DNA from: Macrostomum lignano
Lineage: Eukaryota
DNA: 64,000 nt
Direction: 5' to 3'
NCBI GenBank assembly: GCA_002269645.1
Contig: NIVC01001728.1
Span: 49,161-113,160, forward strand
Below the pieces are notes generated by a model. It searched no databases. It saw nothing but the letters and a program-made list of their open reading frames with translations, and was not told the DNA's origin. Positions 26,742 to 38,609 of the stretch are shown piece by piece (the stretch's first letter is position 1; each line of letters opens with the position of its first letter). The position numbers were made by a program, and so were the translations under genes.

Positions 26742-27384
26742 CTGATCGGAACATCCTCTTTCCTGTACGAGCAAACCGTGGCCTGCCTCCGGGAAAAGTA
26801 CAAATGCACCGGAGCCCTGGAGGCCTGCACCCTCCGCATGGATTTGCTCATGTCGCTGCATGACGCTAAAATTGATGACGTCTGCGTTCGCGACCCGCTG
26901 CACAAATTTGCCTGGGTGCTGGACGCCTGCGGCCGGGACAGGGTGTCCGAAATCCGCCGCCTGACTGAACTGCGCAGTTTCTACAAGGCCGCCAAATCTG
27001 CCGTCAAATCTGCCGCGGCGGCTGCTGCTGCCGATGAAGGCGAGGACAACCGGGTGGGAGCTGCGCAGCTGGGCGAAGTGTCCCTGCTGTGCGCCTGTCC
27101 GCACATTCAAGCCACCCTGGCGCTGTGCCTGCTGTCCAGACTGGACCAGCTGGTGCTGGCCGCCCAGCTGCCCAGGACCGACTCCATCTGCAGATTCCTT
27201 GTCCGGCTGCTGCAGCTGGGACTGTCGGCCTGGGAGCTGGTGAGGCAGGACGATCAGCACCAGCAGCAGCTCGGCTGGCTCAGCGAGTCCGTGGCAGCCT
27301 GCGAACTGCTGCCCAGCGTGGCCAGGCTCAGGCTCGAGACCCAGCTCAGGCTGGTTGGCAGGCAGACTAGGAGGCTGTTACCAG
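26742..27384 (+). CDS. NELFB: NELF-B exon 3
   Basis: Acceptor TTTTCCCCTCGCAG|CTG. CTLRMDLLMSLHD..DP.HKF.W.LDAC matches NELF-B. Donor CCAG|GTGAGA, phase 1. Confidence 0.93.
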
Positions 27385-27790
27385 GTGAGATGGGTGGGTG
27401 AGGCTGTTACCAGGTGAGATGGGTGGGTGAGGCTGTTGCCAGGTGAGATGGGTGGGTGAGGCTGTTGCCAGGTGAGATTAGTGGGTGAGGCTGTTACCAG
27501 CTGAGATGGGTGGGTGAGGCTGTTGCCAGGTGAGATGAGTGGGTGAGGCTGTTACCAGGTGAGATGAGTGGGTGAGGCTGTTGCCAGGTGAGATTAGTGG
27601 GTGAGGCTGTTGCCAGGTGAGATGGGTGAGGCTGTTGCCAGGTGAGATGGGTGAGGCTGTTGCCAGGTGAGCTGGGTGGGTGAGGCTGTTGCCAGGTGAG
27701 CTGGGTGGGTGAGGCTGATGCCAGGTGAGCTGGGTGGGTGAGGCTGTTGCCAGGTGAGCTGGGTGGGTGAGGCTGATACCAGATGAGCGG
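27371..27790. repeat. 29-bp minisatellite containing the exon-3 donor (GAGGCTGTTGCCAG|GTGAGATGGGTGGGT), about 15 copies
   Basis: The unit begins inside the exon and spans the splice junction. Confidence 0.96.
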
Positions 27791-28329
27791 GGTGGATGAC
27801 TGCTTGAGCTTCTGTTGTGTTTAGACAAAGACTTGAACATTTTAAACGCATCTTCGATGTATATCGGTTGTCTGCTTTCTTAATCTTAGTTTGTCTGCGC
27901 TGTCACTGTCAGGAATTGGTTGCCATTAAGTAATCGCCTTAAGCTGACAGAATATTTTGCATTGCCTTTTTCCAAAGCGATAAGAAAAATTAGTTTCTTA
28001 GACAATTTGCCGATTATTCAGAATCTGTCTTGTTCGCCCCTTTGCTTGAGGCGAATTTAATTGAGCTAATTGATTTCCCGGGCGGTTGTGCAAGGCGCAT
28101 CGGAGGACAGTGGCGAAAATGGGATCTTATCCTTTTAAATCCGCTGTTAAGACGAACGGGGGCGAATGGCGCTGGATGCGAGTCGCTCTGTACCAGAGGC
28201 GATTTTCTGCCATGTCTTATATGGCGGCAGAAATTTGTCTCTATCCACTTTCCATATTTGTCCAGAACTGAGCTTTGCGACAGAATTTGAGTTCGGTTTC
28301 ATTGCAACATAATGCTGTCGTGTCAGACT

Positions 28330-28970
28330 AAATGTCAGTGAAGTGTCAGGCGAATGTCAGTGTAGTATCAGGCCAATGTCAGTGTAGTGTCAGGCCAATG
28401 TCAGTTTAGTGTCAGGCCAATGTCAGTGTACTGTCAGTCCAATGTCAGTGTACTGTCAGTCCAATGTCAGTGTAGTGTCAGGCCAATGTCAGTGTAGTGT
28501 CAGGCCAATGTCAGTATAGTGTCAGTACAATGTCAGTGTACTGTCAGGCCAATGTCAGTATAGTGTCAGTCCAATGTCAGTGTACTGTCAGGCCAATGTC
28601 AGTGTAGTGTCAGTACAATGTCAGTGTACTGTCAGGCCAATGTCAGTGTAGTGTCAGGCCAATGTCAGTGTAGTGTCAGGCCAATGTCAGTGTAGTGTCA
28701 GGCCAATGTCAGTGTAGTGTCAGGCCAATGTCAGTATAGTGTCAGTACAATGTCAATGTACTGTCAGGCCAATGTCAGTGCATTGTCAGGCCAATGTCAA
28801 TATAGTGTCAGGCCAATGTCAGTATAGTGTCAGTACAATGTCAGTGTACTGTCAGGCCAATGTCAGTGTAGTGGCAGGCCAATGTCAGTGTAGTGGCAGG
28901 CCAATGTCAGTGTAGTGGCAGGCCAATGTCAGTGTACTGTCAGGCCAATGTCAGTATAATGTCAGGCAAG
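28330..28970. repeat. 22-bp minisatellite (GTGTCAGGCCAATGTCAGTGTA) in NELF-B intron 3
   Basis: Period of 22 checked (28387, 28409). Confidence 0.95.
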
Positions 28971-29520
28971 TAATTCTGCAGTGCCAGTCCAACCAAATCT
29001 CGCCTAGAGTTCCAATGCCTGTCAGAGTTTACATTGCATTGGATTAACTTGTGCACCTGATGAAGCTCAGGTGCATGCGATAGGATTAATTAAGAGTCCC
29101 CCAGCAAGCGTGTCGCCTTGGCTTAGCCAAGATTTCCGCGTTGACTGGCCGGTGCCAACCTCCACCTGTAAAATTATCTGTAGAGCACTCAGCGTCCTTG
29201 ACTAGGTGTGACATGAGCCTATGAATTAATCTGTGATTACTCCATCACCATCCATAATTCCTATAAAGCGATGAGGATTTCGTGCAAGTAGATAAAATGG
29301 GACATTTAATTTTTATTCTTGTTAAGAAGCTTTGATAATGCTAAATTATTTGGCTTAATATTGTAGGCAAATTTTAAGTTAGGGTGCCAATCATTTTTGC
29401 ACAGATTTTTGTGCTAACATTCAAATTTCAGGGAGAATCAGTAGCGAATAGGCGGCTGCTTTAAAACTGACCTGAGTTGGGCTGACTGCCGATATGTATC
29501 GAAGCTTTTGCATCTTGCGA

Positions 29521-30358
<838 letters not shown>

Positions 30359-30403
30359 GCTACTGAGCTATTGCTGACCAGAGCTTTGCCTCCCCACCAC
30401 CAG

Positions 30404-30693
30404 CTGCCCTGGCTCAGACTCAGTCAGCCGCCCAGCAGCAACCGAAGCCCACTGAGCCGGAGAAGAAAACCAGCGGTCGTAAGCAGCAAAAGTCGAACAG
30501 CAAGTCAAAAAAGCAGCAGACTCAGAAAGAGCAGCAGCAGCCGTCGATTCTTTCGCCACCTCCTGACGAGGCGCTGCGGCCGCCGGCCCTGCCGCTGGTG
30601 TGCGCTGGGTCCCGAGTCGGCCGGCTGCTGGCCCGCTACCACTGCGTGCACGTGGTCAGGGAGCTGCGAAGGACCGCGCCAGACATGCTGCAG
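30404..30693 (+). CDS. NELFB: NELF-B exon 4
   Basis: Acceptor CTCCCCACCACCAG|CT (phase 1) opens a stop-free 290-nt frame (AALAQTQ...SRVGRLLARYHCVHVVRE...DMLQ) ending at donor CAG|GTGGGT, phase 0. Similarity to NELF-B is weak, but the phases fit exons 3 and 5. Confidence 0.75.
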
Positions 30694-30744
30694 GTGGGTC
30701 TCGAGATCTTGACTGAAGATTCCTACAGACTTTGCCGCTTCTAG

Positions 30745-31085
30745 ACACAGAGACCCCTGACACTCGCTATAGTGACCACAGAGACCCCTGACGCTCAGTA
30801 GTGACCATAGAGACACCTGACACTCACTATAGTGATCTTAGAGACCCCTGACACTCACTATAGTGATCATAGAGACCCCTGACACTCGCTAAAGTGATCA
30901 TAGAGACCCCTGACACTCGCTAAAGTGATCATAGAGACCCCTGACACTCGCTAAAGTGATCATAGAGACCCCTGACACTCGCTAAAGTGATCATAGAGAC
31001 CCCTGACACTCGCTAAAGTGATCATAGAGACCCCTGACACTCGCTAAAGTGACCATGGAGACACCTGACACTCACTAGAGACCGA
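30745..31085. repeat. 31-bp minisatellite (GAGACCCCTGACACTCGCTAAAGTGATCATA) in NELF-B intron 4
   Basis: Period of 31 checked (30903, 30934). Confidence 0.95.
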
Positions 31086-31242
31086 TTGATAAGACCCCTA
31101 ACAGCCTGTGCAGAACCTTCTGACAAATCTGAAAGCTGGCGCTCCCTACCGGCCATAGAACCCATTTGTGCGGCAAGGGGCTTAGTCCCCAATTGCATTA
31201 ATATGCGTTACAATATCCTCATCCGCAATGCCCGTCTCCCAG

Positions 31243-31794
31243 GTGTCCTGCGACCTGCTGCTGGATCTAATCGACGCTCTGGCCCCGCTAGACGAAGAAT
31301 TCGAGCCCATGGCCTTGCAGTACGTGGCCGTGCAGCTCTGCCAGCTGCGAGAGTCCGCACGGCCCCTCGACACCAAGTCCGCCGTCGCCGCCTCGCCTGC
31401 TGTTGCAGCGGCGGCCGCTGCCTCTGCCGCCGCCGCGTCGGTCAGCGGCGACGACAAGCTGACGCCATCGGTTGCCGACGCGTCGGTCCCCGGCTCCAGC
31501 GTCAACGATGAAGACGATATTAGCGTCGGCGGCGTCAGCAAAGACGCCGAGAGCTGCCGTCAGCTTGACCGGGTGCTTCAACGGCTCTGCTCTCGGCTGC
31601 TGGCCCCGCGCGCGGCCAAGCAGCCTCTGCCTGCGGCGCTGCTCGCCCGCTGCGCTCGGCACCTGCCGGCAGAGGAGCACCCGGCTGCTGCCGCGGCACC
31701 GGCGGGTTTGACCTCGCCGACAACTCCCAGCGTTGGAAGCGGTGGCGGGTCCACGCCGTTCTTTAATCGGGCCCGCGGCGGAGGCGGGCTGTGA
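31243..31794 (+). CDS. NELFB: NELF-B exon 5 (terminal); joined model about 709 aa
   Basis: Acceptor CCCGTCTCCCAG|GTG, phase 0. DLLLDLIDALAPLDEEF aligns with DIFLHLLTGNLALLADEF. Stop TGA at 31792-31794. Confidence 0.8.
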   Translation: MSCDLLLDLIDALAPLDEEFEPMALQYVAVQLCQLRESARPLDTKSAVAASPAVAAAAAASAAAASVSGDDKLTPSVADASVPGSSVNDEDDISVGGVSKDAESCRQLDRVLQRLCSRLLAPRAAKQPLPAALLARCARHLPAEEHPAAAAAPAGLTSPTTPSVGSGGGSTPFFNRARGGGGL

Positions 31795-31829
31795 TCGCCC
31801 CGAAATCTAATGGACATTTGTCTGTATCA

Positions 31830-32900
31830 CCCTCCCAGATCCCCAGTTGCTGGGCCAGGTTCCCAGATCCTCAGTTGCTGGGCAGCCAGCCTCCCAGATC
31901 CCCAGTTGCTGGGCCAGGTTCCCAGATCCTCAGTTGCTGGGCAGCCAGCCTCCCAGATCCCCAGTTGCTGGGCCAGGTTCCCAGATCCCCAGTTGCTGGG
32001 CAGCCAGCCTCCCAGATCCCCAGTTGCTGTGCCAGGTTCCCAGATCCCCAGTTGCTGGGCAGCCAGCCTCCCAGATCCTCAGTTGCTGAGCCAGCCTCCC
32101 AGATCCTCAGTTGCTGAGCCAGCCTCCCAGATCCTCAGTTGCTGAGCCAGCCTCCCAGATCCTCAGTTGCTGGGCCAGCCTCCCAGATCCTCAGTTGCTG
32201 GGCCAGCCTCCCAGATTCTCAGTTGCTGGGCCAGCCTCCCAGATCCTCAGTTGCTGGGCCAGCCTCCCAGATCCTCAGTTGCTGGGCCAGCCTCCCAGAT
32301 CCTCAGTTGCTGGGCCAGCCTCCCAGATCCTCAGTTGCTGGGTCAGGTTCCCAGATCCTCAGTTGCTGGGCCAGCCTCCCAGATCCTCAGTTGCTGGGCC
32401 AGCCTCGCAAATCCTCAGTTGCTGGGCCAGTATCCCAGATCCTCAGTTGCTGGGCCAGTATCCCAGATCCTCAGTTGCTGGGCCAGTATCCCAAATCCTC
32501 AGTTGCTGGGCCAGCCTCCCAGATCCTCAGTTGCTGGGCCAGCCTCCCAGATCCTCAGTTGCTGGGCCAGTATCCCAGATCCTCAGTTGCTGGGCCAGCC
32601 TCCCAGATCCTCAGTTGCTGGGCCAGCCTCCCAGATCCTCAGTTGCTGGGCCAGCCTCCCAGATCCTCAGTTGCTGGGTCAGGTTCCCAGATCCTCAGTT
32701 GCTGGGCCAGCCTCCCAGATCCTCAGTTGCTGGGCCAGCCTCCCAGATCCTCAGTTGCTGGGCCAGCCTCCCAGATCCTCAGTTGCTGGGTCAGGTTCCC
32801 AGATCCTCAGTTGCTGAGCCAGCCTCCCAGATCCTCAGTTGCTGGGCAGCCAGCCTCCCAGCTCCTCAGTTGCTGGGCAGCCAGCCTTCCAGCTCCTCAG
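31830..32900. repeat. 28-bp minisatellite (CCTCCCAGATCCTCAGTTGCTGGGCCAG), block 1, starting about 35 nt after the NELF-B stop
   Basis: Read directly; source of the SQILSC and DPQLLG ORFs. Confidence 0.97.
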
Positions 32901-33529
32901 TTTCAGTCAATTTCGAGCAACTATCCTGCAACATTCTGCACATCCGAGTCGCATTATTGTACAGTACAAACGCCTGATTCGTCCCACATTTTTGCCTTTT
33001 AAAATAAACTCGCATACTCTGCTTGGCCATCTGCAATACTCTCGCGGGCTGCTAGTTAAGTGTAACTCGATAATCGCCACAATGCTCTGTTTGACCGCCT
33101 ACTTTAATAAGCACTCTTAAATCTCATGACGGCTAATCTGCCGCCTGTTGCTAAGCCGCTGCTGGGGCATTTTTAAGCCCCCCATCCTTAGGAGAGTTGA
33201 GGCAGATTAGTCGATGAAGCTTTGACTTTGCCAGCTTCGCTTGAGCAAATCCCGCGTCTTAAGGACGAGTCTCTTTCCAATGGGCTTACCCAAGAACTAA
33301 TTCCGTACCTGTCTGATTTGCCTGAGAAGATCGGCTTTCTATGAGCATATTACTGTAAATCGGTTTTTAAGCAAAAAAAAGTTGCTTTGAAAAGCAGCTT
33401 TGATGCCTGAACCACATTGAACACGACTTGAAGAGAACTTGTCGGATTTGTCGCTGCCACAGCTGCACTTGTAATGGAGCCGATGTACTTTGCGAGTTGG
33501 GCTCCCAGATCTAGATCTGAAGGCTTCAC

Positions 33530-34175
33530 TAGCTGGGTCAGCCTTCCAGATCCTCAGTTGCTGGGCCAGCCTCCCAGATCCTCAGTTGCTGAGCCAGCCT
33601 TCCAGATCCTCAGTTGCTGGGCAAGCCTCCCAGATCCTCAGTTGCTGAGCCAGCCTCCCAGATCCTCAGTTGCTGGGCCAGCCTCCCAGATCCTCAGTTG
33701 CTGGGCCAGCCTCCCAGATTCTCAGTTGCTGGGCCAGCCTCCCAGATCCTCAGTTGCTGGGCCAGCCTCCCAGATCCTCAGTTGCTGGGCCAGCCTCCCA
33801 GATCCTCAGTTGCTGGGCCAGCCTCCCAGATCCTCAGTTGCTGGGTCAGGTTCCCAGATCCTCAGTTGCTGGGCCAGCCTCCCAGATCCTCAGTTGCTGG
33901 GCCAGCCTCGCAAATCCTCAGTTGCTGGGCCAGTATCCCAGATCCTCAGTTGCTGGACCAGCCTCCCAGATCCTCAGTTGCTGGGCCAGCCTCCCAGATC
34001 CTCAGTTGCTGGGCCAGCCTCCCAGATCCTCAGTTGCTGGGCCAGGTTCCCAGATCCTCAGTTGCTAGGCCAGCCTCTCAGATCCTCAGTTGCTGGACCA
34101 GATCCTCAGTTGCTGGGCAGCCAGCCTCCCAGATACTCAGTTGCTGGACCAGCCTCCCAGATCCTGAGTTGCCGG
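33530..34175. repeat. 28-bp minisatellite, block 2
   Basis: Same unit and same order of variants as block 1, at an offset of 1503 bp. Confidence 0.97.
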
Positions 34176-34529
34176 ACATGTTCTATCTAAGGACTTCAGA
34201 AGACTCTCGTCCGAGGTCATGAAGACGGAGTTTTATTCATCGCACTCGTACATTCCAGCTTGGGTACTGAATCTGTGACTTTCCCGAAATGATAAAGTAT
34301 CTGCCCAGCCCCTGTGAGTGTGGCGGGGAGCCGCATCCTGAGCAGCGGTGCTCTGCTCCAACCCCGGCCCGGCGAATAGCTATCTAGCTCGGCTCCCTCA
34401 CCTGTTTCTCCTCTCACAGGTACAGTGACGGCAGGTTATAAATTTAATCAAGCTGCACAGCCTTACCAGCCCACTGAAGCCAGAAACTGAGAATTGGGCA
34501 ACACCTGAGCTCTTGAATTCCCCGATCCA

Positions 34530-35939
34530 ATGCCTCTCGCCGGGCCCGTCCAGTGGTTCATCGTTGTCGACAACGATTCCGATGCAGAGTCCATCGACTT
34601 GTACGGCTCCGGCTGCTCAAATTTGAGCAATCCGCGCGCGCTGAGTAGCCGGGACATCGCCCGCCACCTGGCTCTGCCCGCTATCGCCGCGGTCAACGTC
34701 GCCATCAACCTGTGGGGCCTGGCGCTCTGCCACCAGCAGCTGACTGCCCGGCAGCGGTCCGGCGCTGGCCTGACCCGCTGGCGAAGCAGCGGCCGCAGTC
34801 TCCAAGAAGGCGTCCGGATCAACCTACGACTGCTGCTCCGCCTTGCTCTCGCCGAAGTCGGCTTCAACACCGCCGTGCTGGTGCACTTCCTTGTGTTCTT
34901 CGTGTGCGGCACCTGCGGAGTCCGCATCGGCACGGTGGGCCTCGCCCGCCTGCTGGCCTTCCTGATGAGCTTCAGCGCGCCGCTCATGGTCGGCTTCCAG
35001 TGCGTCCGCAACTGGTCGGTGGTGTGCATCGCCCTGCTGCGCGTCACTGCCGTTGTCTCGCCGCACCGTTACTACCCGCTGTGGAGCCGGCGGATCGACT
35101 GGCCCGTCTACCCGCTAGCCGCGCTGCTGCTGTTCGTCATCGGCCTGCCCAGGGGCTTCGAGTTCATCTACCTGTTCTGCAGCGACACGGGCCAGTTCGT
35201 GGAGCAGGTGCCGTCCGAGCTTATTCGGAACACCGCCTACTCCATCGGCTACCTGCTGGTGCTGCTGTTCGCCCTGCAGTCAGGCGGCCCCATCATCCTG
35301 GTCTCCGTCTCCTCCCTGCTCATCTCCGTCGCCGTCGTCCGGCCGCCCAACGGGCGTCGCCGACTTTGCCGCTCGGTGCTGTCGAACGCGCAGATCAACC
35401 GGACGGTGATTGCCCTGTCGCTGGTGTTCTTCCTGTTCGAGTTCCCCACCTTCCTGTCCAAGCTGGACGCTGTGCTGAACTTCCTGGATCCGGAGGGCCA
35501 GCTCAGCAACCTGCTGCTGGTGTCGGCCAACCTGATGACCGCCCTGGACTCTTCGATGAACTTCCTAGTGTACATCATGGCCAACCGGAGTCTGCAGGCC
35601 AAGCTGAGGCAGAGATTCGCCTGCTGCCGCCGCGGCCAGAGGTCGGAGACTACAGACGAAGGCGGCGGCCTGCCGATGCGCCAGCTCCGACATCTTGACA
35701 ACCGCGGCGACTGCGATCGCGGCGTTGGAGGCGGCGGCAGCGCCAGCGACAGCGAAGAAGAGTGCTGCGACAAAAAAACCACTGGATCTTCAGAGACGGC
35801 GACGGCGACGACTACGACTGCCACGGTGATGACTGCGAGCTGCAGCGGCCGAGGTGCGACCTCGCTGGGGCAGAGCGACAGCCCGGAGGTGGACAACGGC
35901 CAGCGACTGGGCGAACTGACTGAGCAGACCAGCTGTTGA
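34530..35939 (+). CDS. Intronless rhodopsin-class 7TM GPCR, FMRFamide-receptor-like/orphan peptide-receptor type, 469 aa
   Basis: Seven hydrophobic segments: NWSVVCIALLRVTAVVSP (TM3; DRY position altered), LPRGFE (TM4), FFLFEFP (TM6), DSSMNFLVY (TM7). An in-frame upstream stop at 34506 supports the ATG at 34530. Confidence 0.9.
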   Translation: MPLAGPVQWFIVVDNDSDAESIDLYGSGCSNLSNPRALSSRDIARHLALPAIAAVNVAINLWGLALCHQQLTARQRSGAGLTRWRSSGRSLQEGVRINLRLLLRLALAEVGFNTAVLVHFLVFFVCGTCGVRIGTVGLARLLAFLMSFSAPLMVGFQCVRNWSVVCIALLRVTAVVSPHRYYPLWSRRIDWPVYPLAALLLFVIGLPRGFEFIYLFCSDTGQFVEQVPSELIRNTAYSIGYLLVLLFALQSGGPIILVSVSSLLISVAVVRPPNGRRRLCRSVLSNAQINRTVIALSLVFFLFEFPTFLSKLDAVLNFLDPEGQLSNLLLVSANLMTALDSSMNFLVYIMANRSLQAKLRQRFACCRRGQRSETTDEGGGLPMRQLRHLDNRGDCDRGVGGGGSASDSEEECCDKKTTGSSETATATTTTATVMTASCSGRGATSLGQSDSPEVDNGQRLGELTEQTSC

Positions 35940-38609
35940 CTTTAGAGCACGGATGAGAAACTTTGGCTGTTGTCTGTGTGTACAATGTACATGTTGCATG
36001 GAATTTTGTCGACGGGGCTGGCAAATGGGTATTTTTGTTACACCGACGTGCAACTTTATCACCCGTCGACGTAATGCAACCATTTCAGCCATTCCATTCC
36101 CGAGTTTATCGTCGTCGGGCCACTTCGGCGAACTCCGGGAAGATGCACGGGTACAATACGTTCAATTTTATCCCCCTTGTTTCCCAGAGTTTCCCACCTG
36201 TTAAATAAAAAACCTAAGTGGTTTATGTGTTCTTTGCCTTGATGAGGTACCAAGATGTCAATTGGACTCTGGTGAGTTTGTTTTTAGTAGTTTCACAATT
36301 GAGTCGAAGTCAGTTATGAAATGAAAGACAGCGAAAGAGAGAGATTGTTAAGTGGCCGTGCGATATTTGTTTTATTCTTTCTGCGTCAAATTTCCGGGCT
36401 TTCGTTCTCCGGATTTTTCACTTTTTAACCAGTATTGATATTTCATTTCATGTTTTTGTTAGCAATTTATCGGTTATTTTACTATCAGCAGTTAATTTAA
36501 TACTGAAGCTGTGAATTTGTTTTGTCTAAATGAAATCGTTTAATAACCCAAAACGTACTTTCTTTTTGTTTTAATTCTCGAAAAAATCGTTAAATTATTA
36601 ATAGCTTTTAGCTTACTGTAAGATGGCTACAATTGTTCCTCATGTATGACGCAAACACAGCTTCAAAGGCTCACTTTGCAGGAGGGAGGGCTGTTAAACG
36701 GAGGCTCTCTGCGTTCTAGACGGTCTATTAAATGACGTTCTCTACGGGTTAGAAAACGGCCTGTTTACTGGGGCCCTCTACGTGTTGAATTGATTCGTAT
36801 AAAAACTTGTTAAATGAGGTTTTCTACGTTTTAGACAACCTGTTTAGAAAGAGCTCTTATACGTGTTGAATCGAGTGGTAGAACCCCTGTTAAATGGGGT
36901 TCTCTACGTGTTAGTCAAAGAAAATCATTAGTCAAATACAGTGCGTACTGAAAAAATGCGTTGTGCTCGCTCACGTGTGCCGAGATGCTGTTGCAGTAGC
37001 CACATTGCAATATTGGTCACAGAAATTGTCTGTCTCGCGCTGAAATTTTACTCTGGGGAAGGCAATTAATTAGCCTTTAAGAGAATTCAAAGAAGTAAAT
37101 TTTTAAATGTCAATGCCTCCTGCAATGGTCAGCTCCAGTTACCTCAGAGGTAAGCTGTTTGTGTGTCCGCGCGTATTTGTCTGCCTTTCCACAGATCTGT
37201 CTCTTGCCCTGTTTGCTCACTCATTTTCCATGCTTCCAATTCATTCAATTAAGACTGCAATCCGATCCGCAAGCATGGCGGCCCCGGCTGTCAAACGCAC
37301 TGTCAAATTTCTGTCCAGTTTGAAAAACAACATTCGCTCGATTCGGATCTCAAAGGAAATTTTGATGGCGTTTCGCTCCTAGCTCGTACCATATTAGGTA
37401 ATTAGCTAAATCCCAAGAGACGGCGGACTCGGAGTCAATTAATCCCCTCCCTTCGTAACGCCTGCATAACTGCTGGCATTTCCGCTCCTCAAGCGTCGCC
37501 ATGGGAAGGCAACCATTGCATGCTGATGCGCTGTCACGCGACACCAAAATTGGCAAGAGGAATAAATTTCTGATTGAATGATGAAATAATAAAGAGCGCT
37601 TGTCTTCCGAGCGGGTTCTCGACTTCCAGTGGGGCCGATTGGGTGTAAGTGAGGTAGGTTTAATTAGCGGGAGTGAAGTAGGTCTGTCAGGAGTGAATTA
37701 GGTTAAGCGGGAGTGCAGTAAGTTTAGTGGTAATGACATAGGTTTGGCAGGAGTGAAGTATAAGATAGGATATGAGAGCTAATGAAATCGTAAGAGTGAA
37801 TTGTAGACTTGGCGAGAGTGAATTAGGGACCCGATGAAACCGGTGCCTAGGCCAAGAAGCGCCCCAGAGTCGCTGGAAGTAACGGAGGTAAGAAGGAAAG
37901 TAGAAGGCGAATCTACGATGAGATGTCACGGTACACGTCGTCAAAGAATCGCCCAAGAGAGTCAAGCGAGTCTGGGGCCGTAGATTTATATCCGAGGCGT
38001 GCTAGAGTAACTGTATAATGACAGTTCTCTCTAGTGACTCATCTCTAATGAGTTGCGTCTAAAGAGCATCTGCGTCAGCGTCACTATGAATCAGAATTGC
38101 ATTTCGCATTTATAAAAGCTCTTTTTAGTCTACTTCAGTTATAGTAGAAAGTCCAGCGCTAACACGACTCTTAGCTAGAATCGACTTTAAACGACAGTAC
38201 TGCGACGGAGAAGCGACTGTTTAGTCACGTGCTCATCACGAGCATTGCGTAATCGTAAGGGTCGCGAAAAAAGTTACGACAGTCGCCCCAGAGAGTCGCT
38301 AGAGTCACTAGTGATTTGTTTGCAATGACTAGCGACTCTTGTCGCGTACGCTTAATGTAATTCTCGATGGTGGAGCTGATGTTGAGTTAGTACTCTCAGT
38401 TGACAAGCCTGCAGTTCTGTGGAAACTGTTAATCACATTGTAATGCACTACTAAGTAACATTCTAAAAAACCAATTTAAAACACGCAATCTACTTTTGAA
38501 TGAGTCATAATGAGTCATATCTATTTTTAGAATATCCATTTTAGAATGAGTCATGTGCAAATAGAAGTGACTCAGAACCCTACGTAGGACCAACGTTTAT
38601 TTGATCAAG

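Noticed and set aside
33124-33217. SECIS element interpretation of the hairpin (ATGA...GA)
   Set aside because: The apical region is far too large, the conserved AA(R) loop position is absent, and NELF-B is not a known selenoprotein.
31791-34222. SQILSC and DPQLLG ORFs
   Set aside because: Translations of the 28-bp minisatellite, open in all frames.
34463-35896. Minus-strand and alternative-frame ORFs overlapping the GPCR (194, 215 and 328 aa)
   Set aside because: Shadow ORFs of GC-rich coding sequence with no independent features. The same applies to shadows over Tra2, NELF-B and PBK exons.
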